A stretch of DNA of 64,000 nucleotides from a virus, in the IMG/VR virus record IMGVR_UViG_3300037424_001778, positions 45,586 to 109,585 of that record. One strand, given 5' to 3'. Position numbers and translations under genes: made by a program. The notes below the pieces were generated by a model. The model saw only the letters and a list, made by a program, of their open reading frames with translations, did no database searches and was not told where the DNA came from. Shown here one piece after another: positions 48,554 to 58,778 of the stretch. How positions within the stretch are numbered: the first letter of the stretch is position 1; every line of letters starts with the position of its first letter.

Positions 48554-50472
48554 GTCACGGACGATACACCGTCTCGGAACTCTATGTCAATGACCTTCGT
48601 GAATAGTTGCTGCATTTCAGTGCCATGGTCAATGACCAAAACCAATCGGTCTCGGGCGAATTCCTGCAGGACCTCCAAGGCGGCCTCCTTGGTGACCCCG
48701 CCCTGGCCCTCGAAGATTTCGTCCAGGCAGAGCCAGCCAGGCACCTTCCCACCCGTTCTACGGCCGATGACCGTCATAACGGCCAGGTCTACTACCTGAT
48801 GGATGGAGGTTTGCATGCCGCCAGAAGGGCCCACCTCGAGTTTGGTTCTATTGCCTCGGATGTCCACCCACGTCTGAATTTGGCGGCGGCCTTTTTCTGT
48901 TTCGGTTGTGAAGGTTAGCCCCACCCGGTTGACATTGGCGAGCTTGCCCATGCGGGCGTTGGCTTCGGCTGCAATTTCGCGCAGCACCTCTTCGAAGATG
49001 AGTCCTAAGAAGCCTGAACGTCCAAGAAGGCTCTCAAAGTCACGCTCCGCATTCAGTTCTGCCGTCAACGTACCAAGTTTGCTTTCGGCCGCAAGTAGGT
49101 CCTTTGAAGCAAGCTCTATGGCTGCATCCCGGCGCTTGATAGATGCCGCTCTCGATGAGGCCTGGGCTTTGGCGACCTGTAGGGCTGTGTTGGCTGTATG
49201 GTACTTGGCGTCGGAGTCGCGCAACATGGCTCGACTGGCTTCTAGCTGGGTGGCGAGCTTGACGGGTGTCTCTGACGTACGCTCCAAGATGCGCAACTCT
49301 TCTGTGAGTTGGATTTCAATTTGTCGGAGTTGTTCGATTTTCGGATTCGGTGTCCAGGTGCTCGATTCCGAAAGTTGGGTTTCGAGTTCTTGCTTTTGCT
49401 TGCGGTAGACAGCTTCGCCTTGAGCTTCGACCTGGAGGGAGGCTATCTTCTCGTCTATGGACTGGCGGCGTTCAGCGGCTTGGTCCCATTCCCGCTCACA
49501 CGTTGGGCACATCCCAACGGCCAGCCTGGCTCGCTCCTTCTGTAGCCGTACGATTTCGGTGGCTTGCTGCTGAAGGCGTTGAAGGGCTGAGGTTACACGT
49601 TGAAGGGATTGACGGGCTACACTTTCGGCGGCTCGTACTTCTTTGAGTTTGGAATTGTCCTCGGCCCGTAGCTTGCCCAGGAACGTACGTGCTTTTTCGA
49701 GAGCTGCAGACTTGGCGTCGATGTCCGATTGCTTGGACTTTCGTTGCTGCGCCTTGAGGTCAGCTATCTGCTTCTCGAGGTTGGCGATGGCTGTGGTCAG
49801 CGTTTGGCGGGCTGTCTGCGTTTGGACAACGTCTAATTCGAGTGGGTCTAAATTGACTTCAGGAGGGATTGCCTCCTCGGTAGCTGCGAGCAGACGCGTT
49901 CGAAGGGCGTCCACTAGAGCTTGCTTGGTCGCCGTTTCACTCTCAAGGACCTTCGCCCGTTCATGTGATGTCTGGATGGCTGTCTCGATGGCACCCAGCC
50001 CCAGCACGCCAGTCAGGAATTCAACCTTACCGGAAGGGGATTGTGCCAGGAAGAATCCACTCGCCCCCTGGTTGCGGTACGTGAGGGCTCGGAGGATTTC
50101 TGGACCGTACCCTACTAGACTTTGAAGGGCTTCTGGGTATGACTTGGCACCTTGGACAACTCGGTCCCCGAAATCGATGGAGGTCTTCTTGCCTCTCGAC
50201 AGCACTACGAGTTTGCCTTCGTGCTCGAGAGTCAGAGTGACCTGGAGAGGCTCTTCAGTGTTCCAGGACTGAAGAGACTTGGCCGAAAAACCAGTGGGGA
50301 GGATGTCTAGGGCGTAGGCTAGACCTAGCATGAGCGTCGTCTTCCCGGCCCCAGAGCTTTCGTTCGTATCTACGTCCTTGCCGCGAACGAGCACTAGCCC
50401 TTTTTCGGGGAACTCTATTGCGGAGTCGGAAAACGAACGGAAGTTCTGGAGCCGGAGAGATTTTAGGTGCAT
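48550..50472 (-). CDS. SMC/SbcC/gp46-like ATPase
   Basis: LQNFRSF, GAGKT, long coiled coil with central CxxC hook, SGG signature, LCLDE, IDH. Confidence 0.9.
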   Translation of the reverse strand: MHLKSLRLQNFRSFSDSAIEFPEKGLVLVRGKDVDTNESSGAGKTTLMLGLAYALDILPTGFSAKSLQSWNTEEPLQVTLTLEHEGKLVVLSRGKKTSIDFGDRVVQGAKSYPEALQSLVGYGPEILRALTYRNQGASGFFLAQSPSGKVEFLTGVLGLGAIETAIQTSHERAKVLESETATKQALVDALRTRLLAATEEAIPPEVNLDPLELDVVQTQTARQTLTTAIANLEKQIADLKAQQRKSKQSDIDAKSAALEKARTFLGKLRAEDNSKLKEVRAAESVARQSLQRVTSALQRLQQQATEIVRLQKERARLAVGMCPTCEREWDQAAERRQSIDEKIASLQVEAQGEAVYRKQKQELETQLSESSTWTPNPKIEQLRQIEIQLTEELRILERTSETPVKLATQLEASRAMLRDSDAKYHTANTALQVAKAQASSRAASIKRRDAAIELASKDLLAAESKLGTLTAELNAERDFESLLGRSGFLGLIFEEVLREIAAEANARMGKLANVNRVGLTFTTETEKGRRQIQTWVDIRGNRTKLEVGPSGGMQTSIHQVVDLAVMTVIGRRTGGKVPGWLCLDEIFEGQGGVTKEAALEVLQEFARDRLVLVIDHGTEMQQLFTKVIDIEFRDGVSSVT

Positions 50473-50653
50473 GGCTTAGGTTTGCTCGTAGGCTTGTATT
50501 CACCGTGCTTCTGAGCGTCCGAATGTGGTTGGAATAGGTCCCCGCACCAGCAACAAATTCGTCCCGGAGCCATTGGGTCTGTGTCCGGTAGGTCGTGCAA
50601 ACAGCAGCACTTGTCTTCGCCGTCGTTTTCGTCTGGCTTGTCTGGGCAGTTGT

Positions 50654-51389
50654 TCATATAATGTGGTCGTCTTCCTTCGATGCTATTTCTGCATGACTGT
50701 GACGTAACTCGTGGATGTTTGAGTAGCGTTCGACCTTTTTTGCCATTGCGCCATTATCCAGGGTGTCTAAAACTGATGTTGAGCCGCCAGTATCGCTCAC
50801 CATGGCGACGTTGTCAATCGCACACATTGGACTATCTGGACGCACGTCAGATAGCTTGCGTAACTTGGTGCCACACTTCGGGCAGATGTATTTATAGAGT
50901 GCCATTGGGTGCCAGTAGCAGGTAGGGTTGGCGGGTCGTTTCGCACTCCACGATCATATTTCGAGTGCGCCTGACTGTGAATTGTTCTTCCTTGTGACAA
51001 ATGGGGCAATCCACCCACAGATTGGCCGCACCTGGGTCTGGGTGGATGTGTGTCTCCCAGCCCTTGACCTTATGTAGGCAAGGAGGCCTAGTGTATTCTG
51101 GGTCAATCACGGCACCTGTGCCGCAGCACTTGTCGCACTTCTCGATGGCGCCGTTCAGGCAATTCGGACACTGCACTAGGTGCTGGTCTAGGTCGTCCTC
51201 TAGTCCGCAATCGAGACAGAAATTACCTGGCCAACTCTCGCTCCAACGATGCTGTTTTGGAATTGGAGTAAAATGGTCGTCGATTAGGCCTCGCTCACAA
51301 CACGTAATACATAACGGATGCCAAGCCTCTCTGTCCAGGTCTCTATTCATAGGATCGTTCAAGAAACACTCGCTACAGGGCTTAATCAT
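50654..51389 (-). CDS. FmdB-like Zn-ribbon protein (50654-50905) and Cys-rich protein (50892-51389)
   Basis: MALYKYICPKCG; multiple CxxC motifs. Confidence 0.55.
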
Positions 51390-51775
51390 ACCACCACCTC
51401 GGCGTCGATTTCTGGTGGGCCGGCTCGCCGAGCCCTCATCTCCATGATTCGGTCTGTCACCTTACGAAGAACCGTCCGGGCCTCTTCGAGCTTAGCTGTG
51501 GCTTGATGTCTACCTTCGACTCCGAACGGGATGTCGTTCAGGACACGCTGGGCGTCACAGAACATGCCCGAAACGCGGATAGCGTATTGGGCGACGATTT
51601 GGAATTCTAGGGCGTTGAATGGTGTCATTTTGTCTTCTTGATGTACGTGACTACGACCTTGTCCTTGCCCCTAACGTAGGAATCAAACACGTAGCCCCTA
51701 GGCGCCATACCTACCACAACACCAGCCAGGCTGGTGTATGGGTCGACGTCTAGCTCGATGATTTTCTTTTTCATA

Positions 51776-52333
51776 TCAGGGTCTCTCGTTTGCTGTGCAT
51801 TTTGTCTGGATGTCCTTTTGCGTACTGCAAAAAATAGCGTCAATGTCTTTATGCGGACATACACCACCGTTGCGCTCACGGCCCAGATTGCAATTGTAAC
51901 ACAATAGACGAAATTCGCCGGTTTGCGGAAAGCCCTGCTTCATCAGCCATCGATAAAAATGGATACCTGCTCGTCGGCCAGGTCCTAAGACCTCACGTCG
52001 GTGTTCTGTCCCGTTGTTCCGTACGTGGTCTATAGTCAAAAGCATAAGTCTCGATTCTCCACAGCACTCACAACTGCCGCCATAAGCGACAAAGGTCTGT
52101 TTTGTTATCTCCAAATTCCTGGCCTTTTGGTATTCCATAGCCCATGCCTTGTTGGCGTGATACCATTTCTTACAGCTCTCTAACTGTCCTTCCCATACAT
52201 ATCCAGCAGCGCGCGCTTTCTTTTTGCTCTTTCTTTCTGAGGCAAGAACCTTTTCTGGATTGTTTTTCCGGTACTCTCTCATGTATTGCGCCCGCTGAGC
52301 CTTCTCTTCTGGTGTCTTTGGTTGTTTGGCCAT
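51776..52333 (-). CDS. HNH endonuclease
   Basis: 'YGGSCECCGE...LTIDH...LLCYNCN'. Confidence 0.8.
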   Translation of the reverse strand: MAKQPKTPEEKAQRAQYMREYRKNNPEKVLASERKSKKKARAAGYVWEGQLESCKKWYHANKAWAMEYQKARNLEITKQTFVAYGGSCECCGESRLMLLTIDHVRNNGTEHRREVLGPGRRAGIHFYRWLMKQGFPQTGEFRLLCYNCNLGRERNGGVCPHKDIDAIFCSTQKDIQTKCTANERP

Positions 52334-52356
52334 AAGGCCAAGATTATGGCCGCTCG

Positions 52357-54153
52357 TTACGGCCTGAGGTCTGCTTCGTTGATTCCAGAGTGACGCAGGA
52401 ATTCGGCTGTGTCTTTTGCTTCGGACAACTCAAGCTCCCTATCACGAGGACAGACAACAGTACCACCAGCGGTGCCAAGAAGTCCAGCCACAGAAATGGA
52501 ATTTCGAAGTGCCTCCAGCACAGCCGGAAGACTGTCCAGCAATCCGCTTTCGATGGGGTCTACCCACTCTTCGGTCTATAGGTTGAACGTCTCGAGTTCG
52601 GAGAGACGTTGAACAAACGACTCCGCTTCTTGGGCTGTGTATCCAGCGTTACCGTAGAGCTTCCAAACTGGCTCCAGGAGAGCCTTGGCTGCTACCATTC
52701 GGGCGATGGCGGCCGTCCCCTCACTAGTGTTGGGGTAGTCTTCGGTCAGTCGAGCTAGGCCTGCCGAGAGCGTTGCCAGGACTACGCCTCCACCGGGTAG
52801 GGCACCGTGCTTGAGGGCTCCTCGGACTGCCATAATGGCATCTTCGGCTCGGTCTCTTCGCTCACGAATTTCAGCGTGACTCGACCCCTGAATAATCAGG
52901 CGGGCGATGCCACTGGTCATCTTAGCCAGACGCTCACGCAGCAAGGTCTTCTCTAGCTCGCTAGTGGCAATCTCGGAAAGCTGCTTTTGGATTTGGTCTA
53001 CGCGCGTCAGTGCCAGGTCGGGGTCGAGGTTTCCAATTATGTTGCTTCTGAATCGGGTAGCCTCGAATACGCGGGGGCCAACGCCGAGGTCGTCGAGCTG
53101 AAAATTCTGCAAAGGGCGCTCGAGGGGGTCGAAGACGGAAGCTCCTGTAAGAGCCGCTATGTCGAGCAGAAAGTCGTAGCTGCCGGTCTTGACTGGGAAC
53201 ATCGGAACTTTGAGTGGGTAGACATTCAAGGTGCCGTCTTGGACAAACCCAGCGGCTAGGTTAGCTAGGACGCCCTCACTGAACTCCGTCGCACAAACAA
53301 CCACATTATGTGTTAATTTGTGGCCCTTGACTTCTGAGTCTACGCTGTTGGCTATTTGGCCGAGGACGGGGAAGAGGGAATTGAAGTCTGTAATCCTACC
53401 GTAGTGCAGTACGAAGCTCGGGCGCTCCAAGAAACAGGTTTGGGTTCCAATATCGTTGATGAACTTATTGTGGGCGAACCCACAACTCTCCTCGTAACCT
53501 AGAGGGATGGGAAAGCCTTCGATTTTTTGTACGATATACTTCGAAGGTCCGTTGGCGTCCGAAAGGGTAATATTGCCTTCGTCGCCAATGATTTCGTAGC
53601 ACTGTAGGACAGCATTCGCTAGCTCTTCGTCCCCGTTAGCGCTCACCTTGGCCACTGCTCGAAGCGCGGCCTTACCTTCTGCGTCGGCCAAAGATGGATG
53701 AATTGCCATACTTTTGACCGTTGGCTCCATTACATCCTTGAAGAGAGACATAAGTGTGCGAACAACCCGTTGCGGGCTGACGTGCGGATTCTGCTTGCAG
53801 TACTCGATGGTGTGACGAACAAAACTCTCGACCAAAATAGTTGCGGTAGTCGTACCGTCGCCAGCTTCCGATGCTGTACGAACGCTAGCGTCGCGTGTGG
53901 TCATCATCAGCACATGCTTGGTCGCGTCTTGGAAGGCCAGGGAGCGGAAAACCGTCACTCCGTCTTTGGTGACCATCGGCGGCATGTTGATTTCGGAATG
54001 CTCAATAATCACACTGCGGCCACCTGGGCCCAAAGTGGCCCCGACAAGGTCGGCACAAGTCTTAAGTGTGTCTTGTATGATTTGCTGGAGCTTCTCGCTC
54101 CTCGGAATCATTATCTTCGCTGCGCTTTTGACTGTGGCTGATTGGATGGACAT
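52357..54153 (-). CDS. groEL: GroEL-like chaperonin, 598 codons, interrupted by one in-frame TAG at 52576-52578
   Basis: TLGPGG, TKDGVTV, GDGTTTA, GGG; the frame continues past the TAG as TEEWVDPIESGLLDSLPAVLEALRNSISVAGLL to TAA at 52357. Confidence 0.85.
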
Positions 54154-54179
54154 ACGTTTCTCCTATGGAATCGCTATTG

Positions 54180-54816
54180 TAGCACAACTCCTTGCGGAGT
54201 GAAGGCTTATATTGCAGGGCGTGGCCGGCGGGGGCGAAGTATCGAATCCAGCGTGTCTAACTCCTTGCGGAGTGAAGGCTTATATTGCAGACACGGTCGT
54301 AATTGTCGCCGCCTCTACTAGGACAGTGTGTCTAACTCCTTGCGGAGTGAAGGCTTATATTGCACGGACTAGCCCGCCTGTCAGAGGGACTGGCGACTGT
54401 TGGGTGTCTAACTCCTTGCGGAGTGAAGGCTTATATTGCTCGGGCAGCTTCGTCGGCTGGCACGTCTGCTATTGTTCGGGCTAGTGTCTAACTCCTTGCG
54501 GAGTGAAGGCTTATATTGCTAGTGGCTTGGCTAGGTCTGCGTCGTCTGTGACTAAGTAGTGTCTAACTCCTTGCGGAGTGAAGGCTTATATTGCTGGCTT
54601 AGGAGGACGGTAGTGCCAGAACCAGGAAGAATGTGTCTAACTCCTTGCGGAGTGAAGGCTTATATTGCCAGCAAATACATATCACTAGCAAGAGCGTGAC
54701 CGGTAGTGTCTAACTCCTTGCGGAGTGAAGGCTTATATTGCAGTTGCAACTGTAACTAAATCTCAAACCCAAAGGAATAAGTGTCTAACTCCTTGCGGAG
54801 TGAAGGCTTATATTGC
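54180..54816 (-). CRISPR. CRISPR array: 9 repeats of 36 bp and 8 spacers of 37-44 nt
   Basis: Repeat (+) GTGTCTAACTCCTTGCGGAGTGAAGGCTTATATTGC at 54253, 54328, 54404, 54484, 54559, 54633, 54706, 54781; degenerate terminal copy at 54180. Minus-strand hairpin ACTCC-GCAA-GGAGT and 8-nt handle TTAGACAC. Confidence 0.98.
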
Positions 54817-54953
54817 AGCTACATCGAATTCCACCGTAAAATCATCCAGTTGGAAGGGCCGTTTTCATGCACCCCCACCTCACCTTCCTGAAACGTATGT
54901 GGGTCGCTGTAAGACCGTTGTCAAAGAGCTTGATGCTACTGCCTTTTTGGGAA
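54817..54953 (-). promoter_or_regulatory. Putative CRISPR leader
   Basis: Non-coding 137 bp between cas6 stop and first repeat, opposite the degenerate repeat. Confidence 0.6.
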
Positions 54954-55541
54954 TCACGCACCCCTAAGGGGGAAACCTGGCCTTTCTCCCTGGGAAAAGT
55001 ACCCTCCGCCCATATGTCGACGGCCCCCGACCCCACATGCTTGAATCGCCAAAGACTCTTCCGACGAAAGGCCCGACACCTCTACCGCCGAGCCCCAAAT
55101 ATGGTTACCTTTGACCAGAATGGAGTCTGTATGGCCAAATTTAACCAAGCACCTAGGCGCAAGCAAATAAATCTGGCGTGCGATTTCTTCTCGTTGCTGA
55201 GCTGGGGTCTCTGCATTGGTCGTAACGAATCTTGACATCAGCTTTGCATGTGGAACGAGGAGTCGCACGGACGGGTCGCTCAGGACTACAGTCGCATCCC
55301 CCACCTGAATTTCGCACCCGCTAAGGGCCAAGAATTTTGGAGAGAGGGGGCCTCTGATGGTCAAAGTTGTTCCCTCCCTCCGTGCTCCGGTGCGCTTGCC
55401 TGTTATGGGCCCGAGTATCCAATCCATATCGTCGTGAAGAGATGGAGCTACAACGGACAGACCGGCGAACCAGAGATAACCTGAGTCTGTTGCGACGGTT
55501 CCTTTGACTGGGAACACAAAATCAACTGGCTGGACGGTCAT
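54954..55541 (-). CDS. cas6: Cas6 (MYXAN/type I-B-like)
   Basis: 'VDFVFPVKG', Gly-rich loop 'GVGGRRHMGGGYF'. Confidence 0.85.
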   Translation of the reverse strand: MTVQPVDFVFPVKGTVATDSGYLWFAGLSVVAPSLHDDMDWILGPITGKRTGARREGTTLTIRGPLSPKFLALSGCEIQVGDATVVLSDPSVRLLVPHAKLMSRFVTTNAETPAQQREEIARQIYLLAPRCLVKFGHTDSILVKGNHIWGSAVEVSGLSSEESLAIQACGVGGRRHMGGGYFSQGERPGFPLRGA

Positions 55542-55553
55542 GGTGTTTTTGTA

Positions 55554-56180
55554 TCAGGTATCGTGGTGGAGGTCAACTACCGGAATCATATTGTCGTACT
55601 CGATGGAATCTGTTGAGATAGACTTTACAACAGCATAGGAACAAAGGTTCTGTTGCGTGTATTTCACGACAACCGGAGTGGAAATCTCACCTTTGGTGTC
55701 GACAGAGAGCATCTTAGCCCACATGGGGGACCGAACCTCTTTGCATTGACGAATGGCGAATTCGCTTTCTCCCAGACTCCATAGTCCGGTCCTCTTCACC
55801 GGCTCGCCCAGCAGCATCGCGCGCAACCTGTCCTCCAATGTGGGGGATGAAGTTTCTCCTCTCGAGTCTACAGCCACTATTACCACCCCTCCAGTCAAGA
55901 CTTCCTCCTTGGCTGGGGCCTTGTTTGGGCCCTCAGCGTAGGGGGATTGGGGCGTCTTGAATCTATTGATAGACCGCAACCTGAGGCTTGGGGTGGGAGT
56001 TACCAGGAATCCGGTGCTCATACGAACACCGTAATGCCGGGTGGTATCAAACTCACCTACAGCCGACAACATGCACCCATAGGCGGTGGACACCGGGACG
56101 AACTTCAGGGAAGCCCGGAACATGGTTTGTGTAGGGTCCGCGAATCTCATCAATGGGACATCGAGCTGTAGGTAGAGCAT
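55554..56180 (-). CDS. cas5: Cas5 (DevS-like)
   Basis: 'LYLQLDVP...F...VPVSTAYGCMLSAVG', 'LGESEF'. Confidence 0.85.
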   Translation of the reverse strand: MLYLQLDVPLMRFADPTQTMFRASLKFVPVSTAYGCMLSAVGEFDTTRHYGVRMSTGFLVTPTPSLRLRSINRFKTPQSPYAEGPNKAPAKEEVLTGGVVIVAVDSRGETSSPTLEDRLRAMLLGEPVKRTGLWSLGESEFAIRQCKEVRSPMWAKMLSVDTKGEISTPVVVKYTQQNLCSYAVVKSISTDSIEYDNMIPVVDLHHDT

Positions 56181-56181
56181 G

Positions 56182-57285
56182 TCAGTACGCCTTCTTGACG
56201 CGAGCACTCAACTCGGCGAGGGCATCTTTGCGAGAGGTAAAGAGAGCTACCCCGACCTTTTCCAGGAGAACTTTGTTGTCTGGACTTATTCCCTCTACGA
56301 CCCTGCCCCCAATGACAAGATTCTCGGGGTGGTCAAAATCACCTCGGGTAATCGCAGAAATCAGGTAGCTGATGTTGACGTTGTCTTCGCCACCGCACCC
56401 GAAAGCATCCTGAATCTGAGAACAGCCGCTGTCGGATACGTGGCCCACCACAGACTCGGGGGTCCAGTCTACCAGGTTCTGTGTATTCCCTCCACCTACC
56501 CTCTGTAGGTGAGAGGCTACATAAAGGACAACCTCTGCGTCGGATGCTGTGACCTCAGCAAGGTTGAGGCTGAGCAAGTATTGCATTGCTGTGTAGTGGT
56601 ACTCCCGGCTGTATGGTGTCGGATTATCAGAATTCTGGGCACCTGCAGCCGCAAAGTGGTGCTCCATTTCGCCGCCGAACTGGGTCAAGCTAATGGCGCG
56701 ATACAGACTCATCGCAGCGCGCTGGGATTCACACGTCCCCTTGTGTTTGACCAGCACCACCTTCTTTTTGTCTGCGTCAAATGCCTGAACTACCGCCTTG
56801 AAGTCTACACCCTCCTGGTGGTCAGCCCAAGTATACGTATGCCACCCAACAGTGAGGAAGTCTGGGTCGTCGAGGACCACCTTGAATCCTCCTTTCTTCT
56901 TCTTCTTCTCCTTAGGAGAGAAGGTGATTTCTACGGTGGCGGCCGGAGCAGCTAGCTCGAACGTCACTTCGCCGTCCTCCGAAACGTCCCCGTCCGAAGA
57001 CGCTTCTGGTACCATCTTTCCAAAGAGGGTGCGGTCCAGTGGGTTCTTGGCGTCACGCCATTCGTGCTTGCGAGAGGCCTGATTCCAAGTCCGCTCGACG
57101 CGGGCCGAGCCGACAACCGTCTCGAGGAGCTGGCGCGCGGCGAAACCGAGGCAAGGATGACTCGTTACCGTGTAGTCTCCATCCAGGTGTCGCTCCTTCT
57201 GCATAGAAACGAGATTTCCTTCGGTTCCTGCCATATTATTTGAGAACTTCTGAAACTTGGTCACACTTTCAAGGTACAGGTACAT
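56182..57285 (-). CDS. cas7: Cas7 (DevR-like)
   Basis: 'SNNMAGTEGNLVSMQK', 'DRTLFGKM', 'AISL', 'DWTPESVV'; lies between cas8 and cas5. Confidence 0.85.
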   Translation of the reverse strand: MYLYLESVTKFQKFSNNMAGTEGNLVSMQKERHLDGDYTVTSHPCLGFAARQLLETVVGSARVERTWNQASRKHEWRDAKNPLDRTLFGKMVPEASSDGDVSEDGEVTFELAAPAATVEITFSPKEKKKKKGGFKVVLDDPDFLTVGWHTYTWADHQEGVDFKAVVQAFDADKKKVVLVKHKGTCESQRAAMSLYRAISLTQFGGEMEHHFAAAGAQNSDNPTPYSREYHYTAMQYLLSLNLAEVTASDAEVVLYVASHLQRVGGGNTQNLVDWTPESVVGHVSDSGCSQIQDAFGCGGEDNVNISYLISAITRGDFDHPENLVIGGRVVEGISPDNKVLLEKVGVALFTSRKDALAELSARVKKAY

Positions 57286-57289
57286 AATA

Positions 57290-58747
57290 TTAAGCGTCCT
57301 TCTTGGGTGAACGAATGGTGAGTGCGAGGAAGAAACAGGTTTGCAGTGAGGAGAAAGTAAGTGAACTGATTGATTCCAACTCTTTGGGTGTGATGTATCC
57401 GCCGTAGCGGGCTACAAAATTGCCTGCGATGTAGCCAAGTAGAGCTGAGAAGTCGTGAGATTGACGAATTGCGCGGCCGATTTCAGCCCTTTTGTTGTCT
57501 ACCTTATTCCACCCCCCAGCTTCATTTAGTTGAGAGGTAGCAAAGCGCCAAGTCCTCTGGAGGGCGTCGATGGTTGTCTGTTGGTCTGGCGTCATAGTAC
57601 CTTTCAGGTAGAACAGCGTTGTGCTCATTTTGTATCCGAAATCGTCGCCCATGGCAATAGCATCGGCCAGAAAAACGGGGCCCTTTTTGGTCTCAAGACA
57701 AAAAGAGATGAGGGAATTCCACCACACCTTTCCTGACGCAACATTCCTGGACGCAAATTTGAATAGGTCTGTATCTCGAGGGAGAAGGTCGGCGACGTCG
57801 GCGAGTGCCACGAATTTGTCGTCCGAGACGATGGTTACTTCCGTGACCGCAATGGGCCAAGTTTGATGGGAATCCCAGGCCACTGGCCCGAACTCTACTA
57901 CCAGCGCGGGGCCGAAAGCCTCCCTCCAGTCGCTGGAGATCCGTAGGTGGGTTGCCAGCGCACACGAACCAAAACCTCCGTTGATGCAACCACGGTAGGT
58001 GTCGGGGGTCAATCGGTGGCGTCCACGGCCGAACTTGATGAGGTCGGTCGGGGCAGGCACAAGCATGGCACCTCCTTTGAAACTTTTTGTTCCAACCCCA
58101 TTGTACCAAACGGGGGTACCTACCATAACAAAAAAAGCGGCTAGCGCGTGTTCTGGGGTATAGCTCTGGTTTTTTTGCCTTTGGGCTATCCAGGGCCCGG
58201 CCGCTCCGGGCAGTACAATGCCGCTTAATTGGACGGAGCCCTTCTTGACGGCTGCCAATACGCCAGTCGCCAAGTCTTTCTGGTGCTTGTATCCCTTGAC
58301 ACCACGAAAGTCCTCAAAACAAACAGCCGTTTTGTCTTCGTCGTTTGGGTCCTTTATGACTCTCGTAGCTCCTGGCAGATACTTCTTGGCAAGTGGGTGT
58401 TGCAGGAAGGTGGCTGTGTATGCACGGTGAAGGCCGAGGCGCACCTCCTCAGGAGAACCCTTTGCTGCGCCAGGCAGATACACAAGGCCGTCTTTGATTT
58501 GAAAGCTGTATTCCGACAGGGCTGTAAGTGTAGCTTTGGTGTCTTCCCCAAAATCCAAGTCAATGTGGTCCTGGTGGACCGTGGCTGTACCTGGCCCTAG
58601 CGGGATAGTTACTCCGTCCTCCCAGTCCAGCTCGAGGTCGCAGGCTAAGGCGTACAACGATGCCGCCAAGCCCCCTACCCCGGCGCGATGGAAGACTGAC
58701 ATGCCTGGGGAGGAAAGGGAGACGGTGATATTTTTTGTCTTTGCCAT
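57290..58747 (-). CDS. cas8: Cas8 large subunit, Cmx8/Csx13 (MYXAN) type
   Basis: N-terminal 'LSSPGMSVFHRAGVGGLA' signature. Confidence 0.85.
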   Translation of the reverse strand: MAKTKNITVSLSSPGMSVFHRAGVGGLAASLYALACDLELDWEDGVTIPLGPGTATVHQDHIDLDFGEDTKATLTALSEYSFQIKDGLVYLPGAAKGSPEEVRLGLHRAYTATFLQHPLAKKYLPGATRVIKDPNDEDKTAVCFEDFRGVKGYKHQKDLATGVLAAVKKGSVQLSGIVLPGAAGPWIAQRQKNQSYTPEHALAAFFVMVGTPVWYNGVGTKSFKGGAMLVPAPTDLIKFGRGRHRLTPDTYRGCINGGFGSCALATHLRISSDWREAFGPALVVEFGPVAWDSHQTWPIAVTEVTIVSDDKFVALADVADLLPRDTDLFKFASRNVASGKVWWNSLISFCLETKKGPVFLADAIAMGDDFGYKMSTTLFYLKGTMTPDQQTTIDALQRTWRFATSQLNEAGGWNKVDNKRAEIGRAIRQSHDFSALLGYIAGNFVARYGGYITPKELESISSLTFSSLQTCFFLALTIRSPKKDA

Positions 58748-58778
58748 ACCTATTAATACTCCTGGGCACACCAAAATG

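Noticed and set aside
54289-54327. Spacer 2 translates to DTVVIVAAS, similar to helicase DTTVIIAAS (29070-29100)
   Set aside because: Only 19/28 nucleotide identity, and the peptide does not continue into a Walker A GK; probably coincidence. No convincing self-match was found by eye for any main-array spacer.
54607-54620. Spacer 6 shares GGTAGTGCCAGA (12 nt) with the iteron region (63303-63314)
   Set aside because: About two 12-mer hits are expected by chance for ~300 spacer positions against 128 kb; the flanks do not match.
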